From positions 1-34,188 of the IMG/VR virus record IMGVR_UViG_3300030376_001142: a stretch of 34,188 bases of DNA; one strand, 5' to 3'. The notes beneath the pieces are model-generated. The model saw only the letters and a program-made list of their open reading frames with translations, had not been told where the DNA came from and did no database searches. Below, piece by piece: positions 8,771-18,554 of the stretch. A program made the translations under genes and the position numbers. Each line of letters begins with the position of its first letter. Position 1 is the first letter of the stretch. Origin of the DNA: a virus (taxonomy: Duplodnaviria; Caudoviricetes).

Positions 8771-10659
8771 ACACATATAGTCAATTTATTGCAAAGAGTA
8801 GATACGCAAGGTACTTACCAGAGCAAAGTAGAAGAGAAGATTGGAAAGAATCAGTAGAACGTTATGTTGGTTTTATGGTAAAACATTTAGAAAGTGAACA
8901 TGGTTATATGGTAGACCCTATAACACTTACTAGAGTACAAAGTGCTATAGAGAACTTTGAAGTAATGCCTAGCATGAGAGCTATAATGACTGCTGGTAAA
9001 GCACTTGATAGAGACAACACTGCCGGTTATAACTGCTCATATTTGCCTATAGATGATGTAAAAGCCTTTGATGAAGCTATGTATATACTCTTGTGTGGTA
9101 CAGGTGTAGGGTTTAGTGTAGAGCAACAATATGTATCACAGCTACCAGAGATACCAGAGCAGTTGTTTGAGTCAGATACAACCATAGCAGTAGCAGATAG
9201 CAAAGAAGGTTGGGCTAAGGCATTAAGACAGCTAATAGCTTTGTTATATAGTGGCGAAGTTCCTAAGTATGATTTATCTAAAGTAAGACCAGCAGGTGCT
9301 AGATTAAAAACATTTGGTGGTAGGGCATCAGGATCAGCACCACTAGACCAGTTGTTTCAGTTTACTATATTTAAGTTTAAACAGTCAGTAGGTAAGAAAC
9401 TATCTTCTATAGACTGTCACGACTTGTTGTGTAAGATTGGAGAAGTTGTTGTAGTTGGTGGTGTAAGAAGATCAGCTATGATATCTTTATCAGAACTAGA
9501 AGATGATAAGATGCGTCATTGTAAGTACGGAGCATGGTGGGAATATAATCCACAAAGAGCTTTAGCAAACAACTCTGCTGTTTATACTGAAAAACCCACT
9601 GTTAGCCAGTTTATGAAAGAATGGCATAGTCTGTATGAAAGCAAATCTGGTGAAAGAGGTATATTCAGTAGGGCAGCTTCTAAGAGACAGGTAGCTAAGA
9701 ATGGTAGAAGAGATGATAACTTTGAGTTTGGTACAAACCCCTGTAGTGAGATAATTTTACGTCCATATCAGTTCTGTAACCTTACAGAGGTAGTAGTGAG
9801 GGCGGAAGATACTTTAGAAACGCTAAAGAACAAGGTGGAAATAGCAACTATACTTGGTACTTGGCAGTCTACATTAACTAAGTTTCCTTACTTGCGTAAA
9901 GTGTGGAAAAATAACACAGAAGAAGAAAGGTTGCTTGGAGTATCTTTAACAGGTATCTTAGATAATAAGATGATGGGAGAAGTCAGTGATACAACAAAAG
10001 AAAACTTACAGATTCTTAGAGAAACTTCAGTTAAAACTAATGCTGAGTTATCCACTCTTCTTGGAATACCTCAATCTACTGCTATTACTTGTGTTAAGCC
10101 CTCTGGTACTGTTTCTCAGCTTGTTGACTCTTCCAGTGGTATACATACTAGGCATAGCCCTTATTACATACGCAGGGTTCGTGGAGATAAAAAAGACCCT
10201 TTGTCAAAGTTTTTACAAGAAGTAGGAGTACATACTGAAGATTGTGTTATGAAACCAGACTCAACAGTAGTATTCTCGTTTCCTATAAAAGCTCCAGATG
10301 GTGCTAGAGTTAGGGAAGATTTAACAGTTACAGATAACCTGGAGATATGGTTAATGTATCAGAACTACTGGTGTGAACATAAGCCTAGTGTAACCATTAG
10401 TGTTAAAGAAGAGGAGTGGATGGAAGTAGGAGCATGGGTATGGAAGAACTTTGATGATATATCAGGCATATCATTCTTACCTTATGATGGTGGTAGCTAC
10501 AGACAAGCACCATATGAGGAGTGTACTAAAGAGCAGTATGAAGAGCTAGTAAAATCTACACCATCTAAGATAGATTGGAATAGCTTGGTAGAGGTCGAAG
10601 ATAATGTTAAAGGTGTACAAGAACTAGCTTGTTCTAGTGGAAGCTGTGAGGTGCAATAA
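8767..10659 (+). CDS. nrdJ: Class II adenosylcobalamin-dependent ribonucleotide reductase (monomeric RTPR type)
   Basis: YNCSY, GTGVGFS, VVGGVRRSA, TNPCSEI, CNLTE, CVKPSGT, C-terminal CSSGSC; no small-subunit gene in the genome. Confidence 0.9.
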   Translation: MNTYSQFIAKSRYARYLPEQSRREDWKESVERYVGFMVKHLESEHGYMVDPITLTRVQSAIENFEVMPSMRAIMTAGKALDRDNTAGYNCSYLPIDDVKAFDEAMYILLCGTGVGFSVEQQYVSQLPEIPEQLFESDTTIAVADSKEGWAKALRQLIALLYSGEVPKYDLSKVRPAGARLKTFGGRASGSAPLDQLFQFTIFKFKQSVGKKLSSIDCHDLLCKIGEVVVVGGVRRSAMISLSELEDDKMRHCKYGAWWEYNPQRALANNSAVYTEKPTVSQFMKEWHSLYESKSGERGIFSRAASKRQVAKNGRRDDNFEFGTNPCSEIILRPYQFCNLTEVVVRAEDTLETLKNKVEIATILGTWQSTLTKFPYLRKVWKNNTEEERLLGVSLTGILDNKMMGEVSDTTKENLQILRETSVKTNAELSTLLGIPQSTAITCVKPSGTVSQLVDSSSGIHTRHSPYYIRRVRGDKKDPLSKFLQEVGVHTEDCVMKPDSTVVFSFPIKAPDGARVREDLTVTDNLEIWLMYQNYWCEHKPSVTISVKEEEWMEVGAWVWKNFDDISGISFLPYDGGSYRQAPYEECTKEQYEELVKSTPSKIDWNSLVEVEDNVKGVQELACSSGSCEVQ

Positions 10660-10799
10660 TGGAGATATCATACTCACCTATAAAAGGGTTTATGCTAGGC
10701 TTTGAATACGTTAGTACTCAAGATGACTACCTATATAGTGGTAGTTATCTTGTTATTGACTTTTTTATAATTAGAATATGTGTGGACTTTGATGACTAA
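10659..10799 (+). CDS. Small hypothetical protein (46 aa, not in ORF track)
   Basis: MEISYSPIKGFMLGFEYV...; TAATG coupling and GAGGT SD. Confidence 0.65.
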   Translation: MEISYSPIKGFMLGFEYVSTQDDYLYSGSYLVIDFFIIRICVDFDD

Positions 10800-11010
10800 T
10801 ATACTTGTATTTATACTAGGAGTTACTGTAAGCTATCTTGTGTTGTTTAACAATCAAAAGCAAGTACATGAGCTATGGCAGACTGCTTATCAAACAGGAT
10901 ATGATGATGGGCAAGCAGTAGGTAAAGCACAATTTAAACTTACTGATGAACAACTCAGATTAGAATGTGAATACTTACATTGGGAGACTTTAGATGGCAG
11001 AAAAAGATGA
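10792..11010 (+). CDS. Small membrane-anchored protein
   Basis: N-terminal TM segment and AYQTGYDDGQAVG; start placed at ATG 10792 (track ORF starts at 10780). Confidence 0.65.
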   Translation: MTNILVFILGVTVSYLVLFNNQKQVHELWQTAYQTGYDDGQAVGKAQFKLTDEQLRLECEYLHWETLDGRKR

Positions 11011-11113
11011 TTCTGTGTTCTTAATGATTGTGGGCGGAATAGCTATTTCATTGGTGCTAATTTGTCCTATACTTGTATTTACAGCTTTGTTTAAGATACT
11101 AATACTAAATTAG
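10994..11113 (+). CDS. Small membrane peptide (39 aa), last gene of the + arm
   Basis: GGAG SD; MAEKDDSVFLMIVGGIAISLVLICPILVFTALFKILILN; its stop overlaps the endolysin stop. Confidence 0.55.
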   Translation: MAEKDDSVFLMIVGGIAISLVLICPILVFTALFKILILN

Positions 11114-11487
11114 TAGCTCCACACAGTAGGTCTAGGACGCTCTGTAGAGCTTTCTATGGAGTCCAAATGTAAGAACCTAGCACTGCCCTTCTGTGCTACT
11201 CCTATGCCTGTCATACCCACTTTAAACGCTAATTCAAGCACTTTATAAGCATCACCACGATCTACCATTACATCAGCAGCACAACCAGTGGTGTGTGCGC
11301 CTCCATTACTCTTGACAGCCTCTATAGGGTGCGTAACATCTCTATAACCAGAAGATATTATCATAGGTTTATTATAATACTCTCTTAACTGGTTTAGCTT
11401 ATCAAGAAAGTCTTGATTCATCTTTGCTTCTCCAGTATGACTACAAACAAACTCATCTCTAGTAAAATACTTACCAAAATTTACCAT
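11110..11487 (-). CDS. Endolysin, peptidase M15A family
   Basis: YFTRDEF, SSGYR, AHTTGCAAD, FLHLD; start placed at MVNF with AAAGGA SD. Confidence 0.9.
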   Translation of the reverse strand: MVNFGKYFTRDEFVCSHTGEAKMNQDFLDKLNQLREYYNKPMIISSGYRDVTHPIEAVKSNGGAHTTGCAADVMVDRGDAYKVLELAFKVGMTGIGVAQKGSARFLHLDSIESSTERPRPTVWSY

Positions 11488-11531
11488 ACAATTCCTTTCT
11501 GGTGGAAACCATGAATGTGCAAAACCAAACA

Positions 11532-11972
11532 TTACTTAACAAGAGTGTCTAGCTTATCATCTTTGTCTTTACTGCCTATAGAAGAGCCAAAATAATATGC
11601 AAGAACCATTGTCATAGCTGAATTTAACGCACCTAAGACGTATATCAAAATATCTTTAGCACCTGAGTTAACATCTACGTCAACAAAGATAACAACACAA
11701 AATAGTATAAATGATAGAGATACAGTTCCAAGTGCTAGTACAGGGGTGACTATTTTATTTAGAAAAGGTGCAGCAACTGACGTGGCTATCTCCATTTCAC
11801 GTTTTCTAGCAGAATCTAAATCAGCAAACTCAGCTTCTATCTTGGCTAGTTCACCCTCTTGTTCTAACTTAGCTAGCTCTTGTAATGCTTTCTGTTTAGC
11901 TTTAGGATCAGGGATAACCCTATCTAATACCTTCTCTGCTACTGGTAATAAACCTGTCAATAGTTGCAACAT
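11532..11972 (-). CDS. Holin (3TM / GTA-holin-like)
   Basis: LDRVIPDP, DSARKRE, two TM segments, YYFGSS; adjacent to the endolysin. Confidence 0.8.
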   Translation of the reverse strand: MLQLLTGLLPVAEKVLDRVIPDPKAKQKALQELAKLEQEGELAKIEAEFADLDSARKREMEIATSVAAPFLNKIVTPVLALGTVSLSFILFCVVIFVDVDVNSGAKDILIYVLGALNSAMTMVLAYYFGSSIGSKDKDDKLDTLVK

Positions 11973-11985
11973 TTATCTACTCCAT

Positions 11986-12177
11986 TTACGTTTTATAAAG
12001 TTTCTTCATTAATTTACAGCCATCTATTGCTTCTTCTTCAGACCAGGTAAATCTTTCATATCCATTTTGACATTGATATATACACGAGTCTTCTTGAAAC
12101 CAACTAAGCCTACAATAGTAAGCATCTTGTTGTAGAACTGTAGTTGCCATTAGTGTGCTAAACAGTATGCTAATCAT
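11986..12177 (-). CDS. Small Cys-containing exported or membrane protein
   Basis: Signal-like N-terminus, four Cys, GGAGG SD. Confidence 0.6.
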   Translation of the reverse strand: MISILFSTLMATTVLQQDAYYCRLSWFQEDSCIYQCQNGYERFTWSEEEAIDGCKLMKKLYKT

Positions 12178-12677
12178 CTACTAACCTCCATAATCATATC
12201 TACTAAAGAGTATATTAGGTAAGACAGTAATAGAACCATTATAGTTATTGCTGATCCCATCTTAGTATGATATAGAAACGCTTGTCTCCTACGCATCTGT
12301 TGATATACTTCACGTTCTCTTTTGGCTTTGATATCTCTTCTAATCTTTATAAACTGACGATAACCAGTGATGCCTAGAAATGAAAGCTCACCAACATAGA
12401 ACATACTTTTCAAGTCCTTCTCCATATCTTCAATCTTCTTCTTAGAAGCCATTTCATCAAAAGCAGCTTCAGTAGCAGACTTGGAGTAAGTAATCTTTTT
12501 GAACATAGAAGGCTTTTTTTCTTCTTGGCTCATATGTTCTTTTACATCTTCAACAGCAGTAGCCCACTTGCCTAGTTGAGTATATATCTCTTCTACTTCT
12601 TTGCCTACTTTAACAGCGGTCTTGAGTCCATTAAATATTGCAGTAGCTGTGGCAAGTGCTGTTATTGGGTCTATCAT
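12174..12677 (-). CDS. Hypothetical protein with a C-terminal TM segment
   Basis: MIDPITALATA N-terminus common in phage proteins; ATGA couplings on both sides. Confidence 0.8.
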   Translation of the reverse strand: MIDPITALATATAIFNGLKTAVKVGKEVEEIYTQLGKWATAVEDVKEHMSQEEKKPSMFKKITYSKSATEAAFDEMASKKKIEDMEKDLKSMFYVGELSFLGITGYRQFIKIRRDIKAKREREVYQQMRRRQAFLYHTKMGSAITIMVLLLSYLIYSLVDMIMEVSR

Positions 12678-14539
12678 TGTTCAGTCATCATTCCTCTATT
12701 TTCAAACATTTCTTGAGATGTTTCTGCACCAACAACAGAACTAACACCTACTGGTGTTTTTTGTATTGTTTCTCCTGTTTTTCTTACAAACGAGGGTCTT
12801 GCCATAAGTATTAAATCAAATAATTTTTGACCTGCTTCAGTATATAGTAATCTTCCCCCAACAAGACCAAAACCGCCTGCTGAAACTGCTCCTGTTCCCC
12901 CTGTTAGTCCTGCTGCTCCTAAACCACCAAATGTTGTAAATTTTCCTAATTGATATAATGCTTCTCTACCTCTATAAAACTCAGCATCATTTCCTAACAT
13001 TTCTACAGCTTCTTTAGCTTCTTTAGCTCCGGGTCTAGTATCAAAAAGATAACCTTGTTTATTTCTTGATAAATCAGTATTTCTAATTGCTTTTCTATAT
13101 GATTCTGGAGTAAGTAAACCTGCTGTATTTTTTATGTTTAAATCACCAGCACCTTGAATCATAGCTACTAATTTAGAATAGCCTTCATCAATAGCTCTTA
13201 AACTTTCTACAGCATTTTTTTGTGTTTTGTCTAATGTTTTATAAACTACGTTTTTATTTTGCTCATAAAAATTATCTTTTAGTGTATCTTTTATTACTAA
13301 ATATGCGTTTGCTAAACTTGTATTTTTTTCTAAATTAGCTGATATTTTTTCTCTTAATATTTTATCTATTTCTTTATATTGCTTACCTGTTAATTCATTT
13401 ATTTTTTTAGGTAATATAATTTCTATACCTTTTTGACTTATTTTTTGAGAATCAGAAGAAAGAAATGTACGTTGCGATATTTCTTTATCTATAAATTTTT
13501 GCACTTCTTTTATATCATCTAAACTATTAAGCCCTTGTTTATTTAATTTATCTAAGAGTTGTTGACCTGTTTTTTGATTAAAATTAAACTTTAATCCAGA
13601 AGTGTTGTATATATTATTGTAGCTATCGTTTAAGTATTTTTTTAAATATTGTATTCCTTTAACACCTGCTTGTTCTGTAATATCTTTTTGTTTATTAAAA
13701 TTAACTACTGCTTTACTATCTATTTTTGCTAAAGTATTTGATATAATACCTTTATTAAATTTTAATACTTGATCTGCTCTTCTTTTATCAATAGAACCTC
13801 CTACAAAAGGTATAAACCTTGCAAAATCTTCCATAGATTTAAACATACCACCTAATTTTTGACCTGTTGTTCCTGTTACTCCTAACTTTCTCATTTCTTG
13901 CATAGCTTTTGTTCCTGGAGCTAATACTTTACCAGCAGCCCCTATAACTTTTTCACTAACAACACCACCAACAGCACCTATACCTGCTTGTTTAGCTTTT
14001 TCTTTAACAAAATTATCTGTATCTGTTACAGGTGTTAAAGAACCTACAGCACCTCCTGATATAAGTGTTTGACCTGTTTTACCCAATGCTTTAGCACCTT
14101 GTGCTGCTCTTAAACCAACAGCAATATTAGCAGGATTAAGTATGTTTCCTAACAACCTATTAGTATCAAAACCTTCTTCGCCACGTTCTTTTTGATATTG
14201 TTCTTCTTCTGTTTTAACTAAAGCATCTACTCTTTCTGCTTCACTTCTAAAAAAATTACTAAGCTCGTTAGGTTTTAAACCACCAGCAGACGTAAGAAAA
14301 GATAATACTCTAGGTAATAACTGTGCCCCAGCATCTATAGGGTCTTTTATTCCCTTTAAAAATCCAGAATCAATAGCAGAGTCTGTTTGTGGCTCTGTAA
14401 CAGGTGTTGATTGAGACTCTTCAACTGGTTTTTGCACAGACTCTGTTTCTTTTTTAAGAGCTTTTCTTCTAGCTAATTCTTCTTTAAGGGCTTCTCTCCT
14501 AGCTAATTCTTCCCTTAACATTTCTTCTCTGGTAGCCAT
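12674..14539 (-). CDS. Probable internal virion (ejection) protein
   Basis: Large and helical with Gly/Ala-rich hydrophobic segments; lies after the tail genes in a podovirus. Confidence 0.65.
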   Translation of the reverse strand: MATREEMLREELARREALKEELARRKALKKETESVQKPVEESQSTPVTEPQTDSAIDSGFLKGIKDPIDAGAQLLPRVLSFLTSAGGLKPNELSNFFRSEAERVDALVKTEEEQYQKERGEEGFDTNRLLGNILNPANIAVGLRAAQGAKALGKTGQTLISGGAVGSLTPVTDTDNFVKEKAKQAGIGAVGGVVSEKVIGAAGKVLAPGTKAMQEMRKLGVTGTTGQKLGGMFKSMEDFARFIPFVGGSIDKRRADQVLKFNKGIISNTLAKIDSKAVVNFNKQKDITEQAGVKGIQYLKKYLNDSYNNIYNTSGLKFNFNQKTGQQLLDKLNKQGLNSLDDIKEVQKFIDKEISQRTFLSSDSQKISQKGIEIILPKKINELTGKQYKEIDKILREKISANLEKNTSLANAYLVIKDTLKDNFYEQNKNVVYKTLDKTQKNAVESLRAIDEGYSKLVAMIQGAGDLNIKNTAGLLTPESYRKAIRNTDLSRNKQGYLFDTRPGAKEAKEAVEMLGNDAEFYRGREALYQLGKFTTFGGLGAAGLTGGTGAVSAGGFGLVGGRLLYTEAGQKLFDLILMARPSFVRKTGETIQKTPVGVSSVVGAETSQEMFENRGMMTEQ

Positions 14540-14540
14540 A

Positions 14541-15866
14541 TTATTGTTTTCCTAACTCTTGTTTAATTTCCTCTTCAGTCATTTCTGAAATAGGTTTTAA
14601 AGAAGGTTTACTATTAATTGATGCTTGAGGATTAATTCCTTTTACACCCAATGTCATTAAGTTTTGTATTGTAAATTCATTAATTTGTTTTTGCGTATAT
14701 CCGTTTTGTAATAATTTTAAATTTTCTTGTTCGTTTTGTAAAAGCCTATTATAACTATTTTTTACCTCTTGCAATACTTGTAAAAAATCTTCTGAATTTA
14801 AAGAAGTGTCTAGTTTAGCTTCAACTGATTGTAAAAACATTAATTCTCTTTCAGTAACTTGTCCTAAAGCACCACCAGTAGGAGAGTCTTTTCTCATTTT
14901 TGTTATTTCATCAAAACCTAAACGAGCTTTAATAGAATCTATTATGTTTTCTAATTTTCTAGGACTTCCCTCAAAACCTAATACTTTTACTGATGGTATA
15001 TCTTTTAAAATATAAGAAGCAGCTCCTGTTGTTCCCACTATGTGTTGAGCAGTTTTCTTTACAAGTTCTTCTGCTTGTTCTATTTTATTAATTGATGATT
15101 TAGTTTTAAATATTGAATTTTTAAAAAAACTTACTTTAGCTGCTCTTGCTGCTAGGTCTTTACTCCTTTTTTCTTCTATTTTTAATTGCATTTCATTTGT
15201 TTTTGCTGCGTTTTTATCGTTAGCAATATTTTTTGTTATTGTTGCTGCTGCAAACTGATCTATCTCACTTACATAAAGAGGAAAAGGATTATCTTTATCG
15301 TAATACGGAGAGCCATCAGGTTTTTTTAAGGCTTTAGCATACATACTTTGAGTAGCTGTAAGTTTTATTCCTTTTTCTATTGGCGGAGAACCAGCAGCTA
15401 AGTTTTTTGTAATCTTAGACTTAGTTAATCTAGTATCTAAGTTTTCTTTTCTTTGTTTAGCTGCTAATGTGCTTTGTAATGCGTCTGCTCTTTGAGTTAA
15501 TTGAATACTAAACATTCTTAAGTCAGGATTAATAGTTACAGCATGATTAGCTAGTTTTTTTAAAGCCTGTGGAGTATTCATATCTATATTAGGATTACTT
15601 GCTTGAAAAGTTAATATAGCTTCTCTTATGTCTTTTTCCTGTTCTACTGTTTTTTGTACTGTTGCTTCTTGTGGTGTTTGTTGACCAAATAATCTACGCA
15701 CACTTCCTTGCAAACTTTGACCTGCTTGTCTGTAACTTTCAGTAATATTACCCATAGGAGTAGAACCCCTAAATTTTTTTATAGGCATTTGCCCACCAAA
15801 CTCAGGAGTAGTAGGTAAAGATAAACCAAACATACTTTCAGTTATAGATTGTTGTTTTTGAGCCAT
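14541..15866 (-). CDS. Probable internal virion (ejection) protein
   Basis: GGALGQVTEREL motif typical of ejection proteins; gene position. Confidence 0.7.
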   Translation of the reverse strand: MAQKQQSITESMFGLSLPTTPEFGGQMPIKKFRGSTPMGNITESYRQAGQSLQGSVRRLFGQQTPQEATVQKTVEQEKDIREAILTFQASNPNIDMNTPQALKKLANHAVTINPDLRMFSIQLTQRADALQSTLAAKQRKENLDTRLTKSKITKNLAAGSPPIEKGIKLTATQSMYAKALKKPDGSPYYDKDNPFPLYVSEIDQFAAATITKNIANDKNAAKTNEMQLKIEEKRSKDLAARAAKVSFFKNSIFKTKSSINKIEQAEELVKKTAQHIVGTTGAASYILKDIPSVKVLGFEGSPRKLENIIDSIKARLGFDEITKMRKDSPTGGALGQVTERELMFLQSVEAKLDTSLNSEDFLQVLQEVKNSYNRLLQNEQENLKLLQNGYTQKQINEFTIQNLMTLGVKGINPQASINSKPSLKPISEMTEEEIKQELGKQ

Positions 15867-15876
15867 TTCATGTTCC

Positions 15877-18321
15877 TTATGATTTCATAATATTATAAGT
15901 ATTACCTTGTTCTGTAGGCAATCCAAACAAACCTTTAGTGCCTGACGCTACTCCTCTAATCCTATCTATTTCTGCTTGTAAAGCAAGTAAATCATATTCT
16001 CTTCTAGCTTGTAAACCTTCTAGCTCTGGTGTTTGTCTTAAATTGCTTAGACTTTGTAAAGTACTAAAGTCTTTTGCTCTTTCATCAATATCTTGAGCAG
16101 TTGATAATAACCCAGTAGCAAGTTGTCGCTGACTTGCAGCTTGTCCTAATCCCATTTGTTGTGCTGCCAGTGCTTCATATGATTTAGCTTGTTCTTGTGC
16201 TGCAAACAAAGACTCAGCTAATGGGTTTATTCTGCGTTGTCCACCAACAGTAGGAGTAGTTATACCTAGACCCATAGTACCTTGTTGTTGTAGCCTATTA
16301 AACAACTTTTCTTGATCTCTTTGTCTTTGTGGGTCTGTTAATGCCCTAGTAGCTGCTAGTGACTTTGCTGTAGCTTCTTCTCTAGTAGTAGGTAAGTCTT
16401 TAAACATACTTTCAGCAGTGCCAAGTGCAGATGTTTGTATTGGCTCATATGCAATATCTCTAACAGACGTGGCTTCTCCTGTTTCTGGATCAATATTAGT
16501 AACACCTAAACCAGTTCTGACTGTAAATGGTTTAAATACTTTATCATAATCTGCTTGTATATCTTCACCAGCTTTTTCAGCTTTATCTTGTAGTAATTCT
16601 AAAGCTCTATAGTCTATGCCTACATTAGCTACATTTTCTAACAAACCTCCTATATCATCTCCAAATACTTCTTTTAAGTCAATAAACTTACCAGCTTCTT
16701 CAATAACTTTTTCTGTTGCTGTTGTTACACCTGCTCCAGCAGCTATATCTTTAAGAACATCTGCAACAGCTACTTCCGCTCCTTTTGCATTAGTTATAGT
16801 TCCTAAAAGATCGTCTACATTTCCAGTTATGTTAGGTAGTCCTGCATTTTCTAAATTACCAGTTAATAACGGCAAGTTATCAATTCCTTGTGTTCCAGAT
16901 AATAAATCATCAAACGTTACATCTCCGCTTAATATACTATCATCAGGTATTCTAGTTAAACCTCCTGTAATTGGATCAGTTACAACTTCTGATCCAAAAA
17001 AAGATGATGAAGGGTCTGCTAATGATGGTTTAACTGTAGAAATTTCGCCTGTACTAGGATCAATTCTTTCTAATAAACTACCTGAATCAGTAGTAGGAAT
17101 ATTTAAGCTATCTACATAATCAATAGTGTTTTCACCAAGAACATTGTTATCTACTAAAAAATCTCCAAACTCTCCTGATCTAATATAGTCAACACCATAA
17201 GTAGTACCAGCAGCTACTAAAGCACCTATAAATGCTTTTTCAGCATCTCCTGTTAAAGCATAAGTAGTAGTTCCTGCTAATGCTGCGTTACCTATAGCAA
17301 ATGCTGCTATAGAGTCAGCAGCTAAACCAGATACAGTAGAACCAAATGTAGAAGCATAAGATGTGCCACCGCTTCCCATAGGCAGACCATTATTAGGCAT
17401 ACCAAGAGCTAAAGCAGCTCCTGTTATAGCAAGAGAAACAAATTTTTTATCAGAAGTATCTTTAAACTGTGGAAAAAATAAAGCAGTATCGTCATCAAAA
17501 AACTTAGCTTGTAAGTACGCACCGCCTTCTATATCACTATATAACTCACCAAAGGTAGCACCATTACCATAGTCTCTGTATAGCTCACCTTTAGTATTAA
17601 ACATATTAAGACGCTCACCTGTTTTTTTATTGTATAATACAGGTGCTTCATCTGGTAAAGTAGCTACATACTTTGTTACTTGTGATCCATATAAACCATC
17701 ATTAGATACCATTGGTTTAACGTATTCGTTTTCAACAGTAATTGGTTCTGGTTCTGTTATTCCAGCAATATTAGAAACACTTGATGGAGTGTATTGATAA
17801 GTTACTTCTCCTGTTTCTGGATTAGTTATTTGTTGTACTTCTTTAACATTATCTCTTACTTTTTCAGTTCTTCGTCCTATATCTAATAAACTATCAACAC
17901 CGGCTATAGCAATAGCTTCTGCTTGTCTACTAAATATACTATCTAAATCTTCTGGATTAGGATAAGAATAACCTGATAACTGAACTGTTTCATACTGTTT
18001 TCTTAACTCTTGTTTAATATTAGCTTTTCTTTTATCTAAATCAACAGAAGTTTGTTCTGCAAAACCAGTACTAGTATCTATAAAACCAGAATTTATATCG
18101 TTTTGAGTACCAGTAAACATTCCTGATGTATCTTCTGCAACTTGTACTGGCTCTTCTGCAACTTGTACCGGCTCTGGTTGTACTTGAGTAGTTTTTTCTT
18201 GCATACTTATTGCTTGATTTATAATATTTTGCTGTCCTGTAGGATTATTAACAAACTGACCAGATTCTGTTAAAGTAGGCTCTCTACCATACACTAATCT
18301 AAATGCTTCAAAAAAGTTCAT
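15877..18321 (-). CDS. Probable internal virion (ejection) protein
   Basis: 814 aa, acidic with central hydrophobic helices and a Gln/Ala-rich C-terminus; gene position. Confidence 0.6.
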   Translation of the reverse strand: MNFFEAFRLVYGREPTLTESGQFVNNPTGQQNIINQAISMQEKTTQVQPEPVQVAEEPVQVAEDTSGMFTGTQNDINSGFIDTSTGFAEQTSVDLDKRKANIKQELRKQYETVQLSGYSYPNPEDLDSIFSRQAEAIAIAGVDSLLDIGRRTEKVRDNVKEVQQITNPETGEVTYQYTPSSVSNIAGITEPEPITVENEYVKPMVSNDGLYGSQVTKYVATLPDEAPVLYNKKTGERLNMFNTKGELYRDYGNGATFGELYSDIEGGAYLQAKFFDDDTALFFPQFKDTSDKKFVSLAITGAALALGMPNNGLPMGSGGTSYASTFGSTVSGLAADSIAAFAIGNAALAGTTTYALTGDAEKAFIGALVAAGTTYGVDYIRSGEFGDFLVDNNVLGENTIDYVDSLNIPTTDSGSLLERIDPSTGEISTVKPSLADPSSSFFGSEVVTDPITGGLTRIPDDSILSGDVTFDDLLSGTQGIDNLPLLTGNLENAGLPNITGNVDDLLGTITNAKGAEVAVADVLKDIAAGAGVTTATEKVIEEAGKFIDLKEVFGDDIGGLLENVANVGIDYRALELLQDKAEKAGEDIQADYDKVFKPFTVRTGLGVTNIDPETGEATSVRDIAYEPIQTSALGTAESMFKDLPTTREEATAKSLAATRALTDPQRQRDQEKLFNRLQQQGTMGLGITTPTVGGQRRINPLAESLFAAQEQAKSYEALAAQQMGLGQAASQRQLATGLLSTAQDIDERAKDFSTLQSLSNLRQTPELEGLQARREYDLLALQAEIDRIRGVASGTKGLFGLPTEQGNTYNIMKS
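18131..18172. repeat. In-frame 21-bp tandem duplication (EPVQVAE x2)
   Basis: TCTTCTGCAACTTGTACTGGC followed by TCTTCTGCAACTTGTACCGGC. Confidence 0.85.
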
Positions 18322-18554
18322 TAGTATGTACCTCCTTCAACTGTTCCGCCTGATATTGTTCCAGATAGCACAATATTAGTAACAGTAGCTGTGCCTGTTA
18401 TAGCAGGACTAGCTAAATCTGCTTTAGTAGCTATTGATGTTACAATATTATCAAACTCTGCACCTATTTCAGCACCTTTAATAACTTTATTAGCATCACC
18501 ACTATTAAGGCTGTCCTTTGCAGCAAAGTTAGTCGTTTTTGTATAATTACTCAT
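18321..18554 (-). CDS. Small tail or fibre-anchor protein
   Basis: YTKTTNFAAKD...AEFDNI...KAD, resembling tail-fibre N-termini; ends in EGGTY. Confidence 0.75.
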   Translation of the reverse strand: MSNYTKTTNFAAKDSLNSGDANKVIKGAEIGAEFDNIVTSIATKADLASPAITGTATVTNIVLSGTISGGTVEGGTY

